This document shows positions 50,541-62,390 of a DNA stretch of 64,000 bases, one piece after another. The translations under genes were made by a program, and so were the position numbers. The stretch lies in contig NC_133617.1 in assembly GCF_048593235.1 (NCBI RefSeq), forward strand, positions 488,726,958 to 488,790,957, in the 5' to 3' direction. Below the pieces are notes generated by a model, which saw only the letters and a program-made list of their open reading frames with translations, did no database searches and had not been told where the DNA came from. Positions within the stretch are counted from its first letter, which is position 1; the number at the start of each line of letters is the position of its first letter. The stretch is from Sminthopsis crassicaudata. Lineage: Eukaryota.

Positions 50541-51099
50541 GAGAATGTTAGGCTTAAATCTTGGATTTGAGTTAATTATCTGGCATTTCCTAACTAGTTG
50601 ATCCTGGGTAAGTCGTTTTACTGCTGGATCCCTTAGGCAACTGTTCAAGACTTATCTATTAAGTCATGTTTGGGCATGATGCTTTGGTGATGTGGTAATT
50701 GGAGTTCAAACGCTCCTGAGCCCATGATCATATGATCGAATGTATGTGACAGCCTAAAGAACGCTTCCCACGGTTGCTTTAATAAACTTCCTTTTTTCTT
50801 TTCGCTGATAATGTCTGACACGGAAAAGGCAGAAAATTAATGATACCTTGAAGGGCCACGCTGTGTCAAATGATGCAGTCCATTTTTTAAATCCATAAGT
50901 TACACAAATAACGCATAACGGGAATAGAATGAAAATTTGTATGTCAAATCAAAACTGTAATACAAATGTTTGCATCGGATCTGCTTTTCTCTCATTTCTT
51001 CGCCTCAAGGAGAAGGATCGCCTCTCGCATCCTCCAATCTTCCCAAAGCATCCTTCAACACTGGGAATAAACACTATCCCCTACATGTGCTTTTAAGCT

Positions 51100-53350
51100 C
51101 CCATACAAATGTTCAAGTTTTTAATTAACCTCAAGATGGCGCCAAAACATCTCTAATGATGGATGGGGGGCCGGCCAGAGAGCGTGTTGGAGCGGGAGGA
51201 GAGAGGGGGACACCGCACGGTGTGCTCCGCTGTCCGGGGTCCAGCTGTGTCTGCAGACAGGGAAAAACCTTTTAGAAAGCAAACTTTTCAAACGCAAACG
51301 TCACTATTGCCATTCCTCGAAGTGTGTTTGATGCGAGCGCAGGGACGGAGGTCTCGCATCCCCCGGTACTTGCTCCTCCTCTCCCAGCCACAGGTGGCCT
51401 ATTTGGACAACTTTGCTCTGCTACAATGAAGAACTTTCTGTTGTAGGGAGCATTCGGGCTCAGAAACTCTTTGGCCCGGAACACACGAGCCGAGCCTGCC
51501 ATTCCCACAGCAGCACAGGGGAGCTGGGGGGTGGAGTTGACAGGACATTGAAAGAGGCAACCATCTGGAGCTTTTCTCATTTCTCCGGTTGTCTCAGAAG
51601 ATGGGGCGAGAGGGAAGAACTACTAAGTAGGACGCTTGTATCCTGTTTAAATGGTGACGAGATCTCGCGCTGTGCCTTTAAGAGACCCCTTTAAAGGAAA
51701 GCACATTGTCACAAGAACTATAAATCCCAGCATGTCCTGTGTGGGCCTTTTTCCTCTACACATTTGGTTGGGACCTCTATCCTCTGCCTCTATCCTCCGC
51801 CAATAGAAGCCGACTACATTTCCCAGCAAACTGTGGAATGTGACCGGTTTTCTATTTTATCCTGGTTGATTTCTCCATTTACGTCACGACCATGACACAA
51901 TCTTCCACTGTCCAACCTACCTTCTTTCTTGGGCTAAGGAAGGTACTACGCCTCCCAGCATACACAGCGCAGGTAAAGATTGCTTATGTCATTCATCTTC
52001 ACTACAATCCTTTTATAAGAAGTCTGACATGAGTAGCTATGGGCTGCAGACTACAACTCCCAAAAGCCCAGAAATGCTCATTTCATTTTTCCTTTTGCCG
52101 CCATCTTGCCTATAGTCCCCGCCCCATTCCCTTTTCCATTGTCTCCGCTGAAGAGAAAAGAGGTGGAGTCTGGAAAACTGCAACTCCCATAGTGCCTTGC
52201 GCTATCGGATGGCTTTAGATATTGGTGGTGAGATACAGAGCTAAAAAGCGGCAGCGAGGAGAATGTCAATCTTGGTCGCCATCTTGATTGTAGTCTTATC
52301 CCTTTTCCGGGTTCGTTGTCCTAAAGTATTGTTGCAAGCTAGCGGACTACTATTCCTAGCGCACCCCGCGCGACAGGCGAGCCAGTTAGTCACTCTACCG
52401 CCATCTTGCATGTAGTCCTTATCTGTCTTTACCTTCCCATTGTTCCTAACGGGATAACTGGAGATTAGGAAGTAGACGGACTAAGACTCCCGTGGGGTCC
52501 CACACGCGCAGAGGGTTGTAGAGGGAAAGAGGCTGAGAGCCTGAAGAGGAGGGCGGAGGAAGATGCCATCTTGTTTGTAGTCCCTGTTCTTGTTCCCGTT
52601 CTGTGTTCCCCAATGAAATTCTCAGGGCCTGTTGGAATACAACTCCCGTCGTCCTTGGTTTGCAGGGAGGTCCCCAGCCGGGCCCGTTGGCCGCCATCTT
52701 CTATGTAGTTTTTGCCTTCCCCGGCGTTCCATTGTTTTCCACGACTGCGCCCAGGGCTAGAAGACTACAATATCCGTCGTGCTCCGCGCGCCTCAATTCA
52801 GGAAGGTGGAGGTGTAGGGGGAAAGGGGGAGGGGTTGGCTTGGAAGAAGGAGGGAGGGAGGGAGGGAAGAAGGAGGAGAGAAGGAGGGGGGAGGAGAGGA
52901 GGAAGGAGGAAGGAGCTGAGGAGGGATGAGAGAGGCGGCTGGGGCCCGGGGCCGAAGCAGCGCGGGGCCAGGGGGCCGGGGGGGCTGAGACACCCCAACT
53001 GCCCCCTCCCCCTCCCCTCCCCCTCCCTCCTTCCCTCCCTTCCTTCTACTCGAGGGGGGGTTTTATTCAAATTTATTTAAATTTACTTCTTCATAGGGGC
53101 GATTGCGGGGGAGGGGGGTGGGGGGGCGCACGGGCCGGGGGGGGCGGGGCCAAAGTCGCTTCCTTCACCCCCCCCTCCCCACCCCCCTATCCTGCCACGG
53201 AGGGGGTCACCGGAGGGTGAAACGAGCTCGGGGGAGGGGGGAAGGTTAAGGTGACCCCCCCTCCCCTCCCCAGGAACCAGCGGTGGGAAGGGCTTGGACC
53301 CTGGGAAACGGGGAGGGGGGGGTGGGCCTGGACCTCAGGAGCAGCTGCAG
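51100..53350. promoter_or_regulatory. FBXL19: FBXL19 CpG-island promoter region, likely bidirectional
   Basis: CpG-rich; YY1 motif AAGATGGCG at about 51133 and five reverse copies; nine ACTAYRnnnCCC-type motifs; G-rich tracts at 53107-53150. Confidence 0.85.
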
Positions 53351-55330
53351 GGGGGCTAGGGTGGTGGGGAGGGAAAGGTGGGAGTTATTAGGCCAGAGCC
53401 ACTTCGGAGAGAAAAAGGGTAGGAGCCACTGAAGCAGGGAAGGGGGAGAGTTTGGATCCCTAAACCAAGAGACACTGGGAAAGGACTTGATCTCCCAATA
53501 GCCAAGGAACCCAAGAACCTGAGCCTATTGACTTGGGGGTGGGGCTGCAGAACTGAGTCCCCCCCAAAGCAAGGACTCTCCTGAAAACCTAGAACCAAAA
53601 CCAGTGCAAAGGCCTGTCCTCCAAGGGGATCCACACCTGAGCACCCCAATAGGTGCTTTCACCTATCTCTACCTACTGCTCCAGCCTCCAGGAGAGGCTG
53701 TGCAGCCTCAGGGGGCCGTGGACCCCGGAGTTCTGAGCACCCAGCGCCCTCCGCCCCCTGTCCCCCCTGCTGATGGCCGACGACCCACCGGGAGCTTCCG
53801 AGAAGGGAGAGATGGCTCCTGGGACACGTGTGAGGTGGGTTGATGCCTCTCTTCTTCCTTCTGTGCTCCCCACAAATCTAGATTTCTTTCTCATCTCCTT
53901 CGATTCATCTTTAGCTCATCTCCAGCTCTTTTCAGGCCCCTTTGATATCTCTGACTTTCCCATGGGGCTTTTCCTCATACCCAGAACTGAGCCCCTGGCT
54001 TCCTTCATCCCAGTTTCTGTTTCACTCCATAGTTCTGGTCATTTTACAATCCTGTGGGATTTATATACCCTTTGTGGGTCTTGGCTCACCCTTGGAAATC
54101 CTTAGAATTTTTCCTAATCTCATTTTCTTTTCTTTTATGGACTAGAGAGAGCTAGAGATCCCTAGAGAATTAAGAAAACTTAGAAGCCATGGGGAATTGG
54201 GAAGGGAGCTGGGGAATGCCATTGAATGAAATCTCAAGACTAGGAGGATGGGGGGTGGAAAACTCCCAGCAATCCAGAGATTTCCATATGGGATCTTTGA
54301 GAATCTGGTTACTATGGAAAGGGGAGCAGAAAACAATTTAAGGGATCTGGGACTCTGGAATAATGTTGATCAGATTGAATTCTGAAATTTTTGAGAATCT
54401 GGGTGAGTGCCTAAGTAAACTGAAGAACCTGAAGGTAGGAAGTCTAGGTTTTATGAAGGAGCCAAGTGTCTTGGAATCTGGGAAGAGGAGAGTTTACAGG
54501 ATCATGAGTGTCTCTTTCTAGTCAGGAGCATTCTAGGGAATTGGGAGTCCAAGACTAAAGAAAAAAGGATAATAGATGAAACCCAGAAGCCTTGTGGGCA
54601 AGGGATACAAGATCTGGGATATGTAGCAAAGATATAGGCTTTTTGAGAACTTGAAAAATTTTGAGGAGAAATCAGAAGTTGAGGTGGAATCCTAATCTTA
54701 AAGGCTTCTTGAGGGTTGGTTTGAGAAGAGATTGGTGGGCAACATCTAGTTTGTTTTATACGGTAGGGACGGGTGGTTGGGAAAGTTTGGAATTCACAGC
54801 CTGGGAACAGAGGGGACCTTGGAGGTATATCTGGGAATTTCAGGTTGGGGAGAGCCTGGGGAGAGCTGCATTTGGAGATCGAGGGGAAGAGTCAGGAGAT
54901 TTCTGAGGTAACCTCCATTGGGATGTCTTGGCCTTCCTGGGGAGTTTCAAGGTGGGAGTATCAGAAGAGACTGGGACATACTAAGGGAGGCACTGAGGAA
55001 GGTGAGGGGGTGGATCTGAGGTCCGGAGGTTGAGGGATCTATGGGTCCGTTGCAGAATTCTGAGGAGTAGAGGGAGATGGGGTGTGGACTGAATGGGGTG
55101 GCCTTTGGCCTCCAGGAGGGAGGGAGGGCAGAGGGAGGATCTGATTGAAAGACAGCCTTGGGAAAAGTTTAGGACTTCTAGATTCCATTATATCTTCTGG
55201 AGAAGAGAAGAGAAAAGAGCCGGATAGAGGTTATTATAGAGGCAATGTAGAGAATAAAGAAAAGAGAACTGGGCTGATTTTTCTTGATAATTTTCTTCCC
55301 ATACAGCCCTCGGCGTTGCTGACGCCCCCA

Positions 55331-58300
55331 ATGTCGTCCAGCGGCCGGGGGCCGGGGGCCGGAGCGCGCAGACGCCGAACCCGCTGCCGGCGCTGCCGGG
55401 CCTGTGTACGGACCGAGTGCGGGGACTGCCACTTCTGCCGGGACATGAAGAAATTCGGGGGTCCCGGGCGAATGAAGCAATCCTGTCTGCTCCGACAGTG
55501 TACTGCTGTGAGTCTTCCTTTTTTCCATTCCTCAGTCCATCAGTTGATTTGCTTGGGCCTATCAGCCTACTAGGCCATTTCTAGGCCTCTGGTCCTCTCA
55601 TAAGGGTTATGCTCTTACTGCACTCAAATAAGCTGCATTTAGGAGCTGGTGTCACCTGGCAGAATATACCTTTCCCATGACTGACTCAAGAGAAAGCCTC
55701 AGTTTTTTTTTTTGGGTGTTTGCTCTGCAGGGTAGACAATGTATTTCTGATTTACTTAACCACTTCGAACACTGGTCCAGAGCTTACAGTGGGAAATAGT
55801 CTTTGTCCCCAAAATGGCTTGATCCAGAACCAGCTGTTAGGAGCTCCCAATCCAACATCTTTCTCTCCCCTCTTTTTTTTCCTCCCCCTACCCCAAAAAG
55901 ACTGGTGGGGAAGTGTTATATGTCTTCCCAGTCTTCCCAGTGACTGATGGCCAGATGCTGGCTCTTTGACTTTTACAACTGTCTTCTACTCTTGTTGCTT
56001 CTTTTCCTTCTTGGTTCCCCTTCTCTTTTTTGTTTATCTCTGCCCTTCGGTTTCTTATTGCCTAATTCCTCCTGTCTCCCTTTTCCCTACCCTTTCTCCA
56101 GATTCTACCTTTAAGCCGGCTGGATCTCTTGTTTGACTTCTCTCCCCACCCCTCAAAAGCTGTTTTATCTCCTTGCTGGGACATCTATCCTGGAGATGGT
56201 TTGGGAGTTCCTCTTCTTTTTGCCTTATTGAGTCTGTCTGGCAAATCCCAACACCTACAGACTCTCAGTTGTGGCTGCTTTCCTCCCCAAAGTCACTCTG
56301 TTATATTCCCATGGCCTCCTGCTCTTCTCAGATCCTCTGTATTAACCAGGGACTGTCTTGTCCAGAAACCTTTGGGTCCCTCTATTAACCTCAGCTGCTA
56401 ACTCTTCATTCACTGGACCGACCACAATTTATTTTGTGCTTCAATTCACTTCAGCAAACATTTACTAATTGATTATTATGTGCTGGAAAGATGTCTTTCT
56501 CTATACCTCAGAGTCGTTCATAATTGTTTGATTAGCCACTAGTTCTTTCTTTTCCTGTGCCCAGTGAGGGAGTCCTGACTTTCCTTTTTTTTTTTTTTTT
56601 TTTTTCCCCCTGCAGCCCGTGCTACCCCACACAGCTGTGTGTTTGCTGTGTGGAGAGGCTGGAAAGGAGGATACAGTGGAGGGAGAAGAGGAAAAATTTG
56701 CTCTGAGCCTCATGGAGTGTACAATCTGCAATGAGATCGTCCACCCAGGCTGTCTCAAGGTAAGGTTTGGGAACTGGGCTGGGGGGGTGAGATTGCTTGG
56801 ACCAGAGCAGAAAAAGCTACAAAATGCTTAATGCTGGAAGGGAAGGACTAGGAAAGAAGGTATGAGAAGAGGCTGGGAGACAGAGCTGAAGGCCAGCTGA
56901 AGGAGAGTATAGAATAGGACATGAGAAAGATACTTGGGGCAGAATGTAACAAAGGGGTATTAGCTTCTAGGTAAGAATAGGATACACACAACTCCCTCTT
57001 CCCTTTTTGTTTCTACTAGATGGGAAAGGCCGAGGGTGTCATCAACACTGAGATCCCAAATTGTTGGGAGTGTCCTCGATGCACCCAGGAAGGCAGGACC
57101 AGCAAGGTAGGGTGGAGATCTGAGAGCCAGAGGTGGGAGTGGGGTGGGGTGGGGTGGAATAAAGAGTGACCTGGCTTCTTCTGTATATCAGCTGGATTAG
57201 AGGTTGGAACTCTGGGAGGGAAGAATTTGGAAGAAATGAGGGTAGAGGATGGATCTTCACCTCTTCTTTCCCTAGGATTCTGGGGAGGGGCCTGGACGAA
57301 GAAGAGCTGACAATGGGGAGGAGGGGCCAGGGCTGGGAAGTGGCTGGAAGCTAACTGAGGAGCTACCACCACCCCTCCCCCGACGAAAAGGCCCCTTGCC
57401 TCCAGGGACTCCCTCAGAGGATGGTCCTGGACCTCACAAGAGGAAAGAGAAAGAGGTGGGGAATGAACCCCCCACACCTAGGAAGAAGGTAAAGGCTGGA
57501 GGGAGGGGGGAGATCACGCCCTCTGAGGGCCAGGTAGAAGGGATTCTGGAGGATGTAGTTTTGATGACAAAAAAAAGGGATGAAGGATTGGGAGTCAGCA
57601 CTTTGTGGGCTTCCTGTGGGATTTCTGGGAGATGTAGTTCTGGAGCTAGAATGTTGTTTAAGGGATGGGTGGGGAATTGGGGGAGGGTGGAGCATGCTCA
57701 GTATGGTTTGTAGGAGTCTGGGAGGTATAGGTAAAGGAGGGGGTGGTAGGGGAACTCCAGGGAGTAGGAGAGTAATTTAGACAGAGTTGGAGAGAAGGAG
57801 AGAGCATGCTCAAGTTGGCTCCTAGGGAGGAGGAAAAAGGAGGGGCTGGAGAGGGCCTGAGTAGGAAGAAAGAAGAGCAGGAGCATGCTCAGTGGAAAGG
57901 AGACGGTATGATTGAAAGGTGAGCATGCTCAGAGTCTTGTCTGGGATGGGGACTTCTGGGATTTGTAGTCCAAGGTAGAGGCAGAAACTTGAGTTTTACA
58001 GAGGGTTAAGGGCCTAACAGAGTTTCTTTACTTTCTACACTCTCCACCATCCCACCCACCCAAACAGATAAAAGGAGGAAGAGAGAAGCACCTGAAGAAG
58101 GTGAGTGCAGATGGATGACTGCCTGTTCCCCTTGAGGCCTCATCAGATTGGAACTGGGTGTCCTATTCTGCCTCACCTTAGTCCTCAAGGTGTTCTGGAT
58201 AAGAGCCAAAATGTTATAGCCTTCTACCTTGGGGCAAGATCTTAAGATCTAAGAGTTTGAGTGGGAGGGAAATCATGGCTTTCACCTACCATGGAAATCT

Positions 58301-59587
58301 TAGCTGTTTGTTTTTCAACTAGTTCTAGGAGGTTGGAAAAGAGAGGAAAGAGAAAGAAAATACAAATGGAATGAGGTTGAAGAATCCTAAGATTCAGATT
58401 TCTAGAGCTCAGAGGGTAGTCTAAGCCATGGCAATGATCTAAGATAAACAGAAATGAACAAAGGATCTTTGAGAGTCCACTCCACCCTTTCACTAGAAGG
58501 ATAATCATGGGCACATCATTTACCTGCCTCGAACTTCAGTTTTCTTATACGGAACATGGCGATACCTGCTTAAGTCACAGTTGTTGTTAACACAGAATCA
58601 GAAAGTGTATGTTGAAAGCATTTTGTAAACCTCTTCTTTTTACTAACTGTATGATGGTAGGAAAATTTTTCTAATTCTCTTAGCCTTAGTTTTATAATCT
58701 GTAAAAGAGGGACCATAATACAAAAGCCACCCATTTTACAGAGTTTTGATATTTGGTAAAGTAATACACTCTATAAATGTGAGCTATTATTGAGTGCTAC
58801 ATAAATGTAAGTTATTATTAAAATACTCATCTAGTCTAATCTCATGAGGATGCCTTAGAGAGCTTAAATAGCTATCCAAAGTCTTAACTGCTTAGCAACA
58901 GATCTAGAACAAGAACTTGGGGCTCTTGCACCTTCAATGTTCTCTGTGTACTATTTCATGCTATCTTTTATATTTTTATTGAAATGTAAGGCTGCATAGT
59001 TCTTTTTCAATTCAACTCCTTGGGACTTCTTTAGGGTAGTCATTGAATAAATTTTTCATCTGCTTTTTCCTCTAGAAACCAAAGCCCCCTTCAGCATCTC
59101 CTGAGGGTCCCGCAGCCCCAGCCCCTTCCCCACAGCGGGAAAAGCTAGAGCGTTTCAAGCGGATGTGCCAGTTGCTCGAGCGGGTGCCAGACACTTCTTC
59201 ATCTTCCTCAGACTCAGATTCAGATTCAGACTCATCAGCTTCGTCCCTCAGTGAGGACGAGGCCCCTGGGGAGGCCCGAAATGGGCGGCGGCCCCCACGG
59301 GGCAACTCTGGGGAGAAGGAGAACAGGGGTGGCCGTCGGGCCTGGCGGCCTGGAAGTGGGGGTCCTCTACTCAGTTGGCCCTTGGGTCCTGCACCTCCAC
59401 CCCGCCCCCCGCAGCTTGAGAGACATGTGGTGAGGCCACCACCACGGAGCCCAGAGCCTGATACATTGCCCTTGGTAGCGGGGCCTGACCACCCTCTACC
59501 ACGGGCTGCCTGGCTTCGAGTCTTCCAGCATCTTGGGCCCAGAGAATTGTGTATCTGCATGAGGGTCTGCCGGACCTGGAGCCGATG
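55331..59587 (+). CDS. FBXL19: F-box and leucine-rich repeat protein 19, 5' part; join(55331-55507, 56616-56759, 57020-57106, 57276-57488, 58068-58100, 59076-59587), continues beyond the window
   Basis: CXXC finger ([45 protein letters not shown]), PHD (CLLCGEAGK...[14 protein letters not shown]...CWECPRC), Ser/Asp tract, F-box ([31 protein letters not shown]). All introns GT-AG and in frame; LRR exons not found before 64000. Confidence 0.97.
57690..57969. repeat. Four copies of palindrome GAGCATGCTC in an FBXL19 intron
   Basis: Exact copies at 57690, 57802, 57881 and 57921. Confidence 0.9.
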
Positions 59588-59854
59588 GTGAGTGGTTCCT
59601 TGGCTAGCACATTACAGAAATTGGAGGGTCCTGGTTCCTAGCTATGGTTGCATGGCAACAAGTTTCCCTCCATTGAACCAGTTCATTTCACCTTCCTCTG
59701 TATTCTCCCTTTGATAACTTTGGATGGGGTGAAGGGTCTGTATAAATGGTTTTTACCTGTGTGTAAGTCAACGAGCATTTCTTAAGGTCCTGCTTTGTGT
59801 CAGACACTGTGCTAAGCAATGGGTATTCAGAGAACAGCTTAAGATGGACCCTGC

Positions 59855-60000
59855 ATGGGGCAGTTAGGTGGCGCAGTGGATAGAGCACCAGTCTTGAATT
59901 CAGGAGGACCCCAGTTCAAATCTGGTCTCAGACACTTAACACTTCCTAGCTGTGTGACCCTAGGCAAGTCACTTAACCCCAGCCTCAGAAAAAAAAAAAA
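59855..60000 (+). mobile_element. Young WSINE1-like SINE
   Basis: Full length; perfect 14-bp TSD aagatggaccctgc at 59841-59854 and 60001-60014. Confidence 0.93.
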
Positions 60001-60039
60001 AAGATGGACCCTGCTTTTAAGAATAGGAGATAAAACATA

Positions 60040-62390
60040 CAGCTCTGTTAACAAATGTTATATAGACAGAATAAATTGGAGATAATTGACAGAGGGGAGG
60101 GACAGTAAAGGGGTAAGAATTGGGGACTTGAGCTGAGACTTGAAGAAAGAGAAACAAAGAAGAGCAGATGAGAAAATAGATATCCAAACAAGGGGGAAAA
60201 GTAAATGAAAATGCCCAGTCAGGAGATAGAATACAACAAGCAACACTGGATCACAGAGTAGATGAGGTATTGGGGAGATGGTATTAAGTATAAAAATACT
60301 GGAAAGAAAGGAAGGGGCTTTTAAAAAACAAAAGATTTTATTTGACTTTGAAGGTATCAGGGAGACACTGATATAATTAGACCTATGCTTTAGAAAGATC
60401 AGCTTAACAGCTGGTGTGGGGAGATTTGAGGGAGACAGTCCCTCTACTAAGCTGCTGTCAGAAGCAGGGAGATGCTTCCCATCTTGCCTTCAAGTGTTAG
60501 ACAAAGAAAAGGGGCAAGAGATATATAAGCAGAATTCTCCCTAAAGACAACTATATTTATCTTTTAAAATTCACAACTGAGGGACAGTCTCTACTATTAA
60601 CAGAGAGATATGGCTAAGTTGTAACTAATTCATTGAGTTGAATGAGGAGCAATAAACATCAAGTTTATCAACAAAATTTATCAACATTTAACACATAGAT
60701 ATTAACTGCTAGAGGTATGAAGATTTTAAAATGACAGTCCCTGATCACAAGGAGCTTGTCTTCTTCTGGAAGAATCAGGACAAGGTTGATGATATTTACG
60801 TGGGGAAACTGGTATAATTCAGGGTAGGAAGTGTGAATTGGAACACAGGTGAAAGAGCTTGGCATTCTAGGAGAGAAAATGAGTTTTCTATGATCCTTCC
60901 CCCAACTAAAAATCTAAGGAAAGGTAACATCTGAGCTACATTTTGAAGATAATAATGAAAGACTTGCTTGAATGAAAGTGAAAAATGGTAAGTTCAAGGA
61001 ACTCACTTCCAGTTTGAGTCATAGAACATATAAGGGAGGTAATTTGAAATTAATCTGGAAAGATAGTTGAGATCCAGATTACATATGACCCTAAATACCA
61101 AGATAAGGAGTCTGTAGTTTATCCTAAAGGCAATAAACCAAAAAACAGCATCATCAGATCTCTGTTTTGAGGATATTTATTTTGGCAACTGTGTAGAGGA
61201 TGGATTGAATTATTTATATTCCTGAAACAGGAATTAAGAGCTATTACAGTAGTCCAGTCAAAAGGTGTTAAGAGCCTGAACTGGGATCATATGTGAGTGG
61301 AGAGATAAGGAGATGTCTGTGAAGGATGTAATGGAGGTAAAAACAGCAAAACTTGGCATCTGAATGTGTGTGGGAGAAGAGGCAGAAGGAAAAAATCTAA
61401 GATAATTCAAACCTGAGTGACTTGGGAGATGGTAAAGCTATCAACAGAAAAAAAGAAGTTGGTATTAGGGGTGTCAGGGACATAATTTCTCAGATAAGTT
61501 AAATTTGAGGAATCTATAGGACAAATATATCAAATATGAGGCCAGGCTGCCACATTTTGGCTTGCAATATTCCTGGGCTCAGCTGAAACCATATGAAAAT
61601 ATAATTAGAAAATATTTAACAAAGCAAATAAAAATGTAAAAAATAAATAAAATTTTTAAAAAACCAAATTTAAAAAAAATGAAGAAGATGATGTTAACAT
61701 GTGGTTTTCTAAGTCAGTATATGGCTTATAGAGGGGCCCTTCGAGTTTAGTGGCCCCCATTTCTGTTTTGAGTGTAATATCACTGCTTTAGAACATCCAA
61801 GAACAGATGACCAGTAGGTCTTTGGAAATGTGAGGAGTGAAGTTTGGGGGAAGAGATTAGGAATTTATGTGTAGATTTGAGAGTCATCAGTGACACTTGA
61901 ACTCATGACAGCAGGTAAGATTATCAAAGAATAATATATATAGAGAGAGAACATAAGAACTAGGACAGAACCTTGAGGGAACACTCATATTTAGGGGACA
62001 GGAGATAGTTGTAAATAAGGAAAGGAGACTGAAGAGCAGTTAGATAGATAGGATGAAAGCCTGAAAAAAGCTGTATTATGAAATCAAGGAAGGACTGGTC
62101 AGCAGTATTGATGTAAAAAAAAATCAAGGAGAATGAAAAGTCCACTGGCTTTAACTAAAAATCAAAAAGCTGTTAGTGAACTTTGGGAAGAGTAATTTCA
62201 GTAGAGTGGTGGAATCACAATCCATATTACAAAGACTTGGTGCAGAACTAGAGGCAAGGAATGTACACTACTCTTAAAGAGTTGAGCAATGAGGTCATGG
62301 CAGGGTCAAAGAATAGTTTTTTAAGATAGTCAATAAACATTTATTATGTACCTACTATGTATCAGGCACTGTGCTAAGCACTGCTAGGGG
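60040..62390 (-). mobile_element. Fragmented ancient L2 LINE remnants in an FBXL19 intron
   Basis: Purine-rich antisense-L2 composition; reverse L2 3' motif taaacatttattatgtacctactatgtatcaggcactgtgctaagc at about 62335-62380. Boundaries approximate. Confidence 0.55.

Noticed and set aside
52050-52776. Repeat-spacer pattern superficially like a CRISPR array
   Set aside because: Eukaryotic promoter; the repeats are short transcription-factor motifs with variable 120-180 bp spacing and there are no cas genes.
59072-59560. 162-aa minus-strand ORF
   Set aside because: Antisense shadow of the FBXL19 coding exon.
5104-60000. Recurrent short ORFs (MDRAPALNSG...) and tRNA-like A/B boxes
   Set aside because: All come from SINE copies; no complete tRNA cloverleaf was seen.
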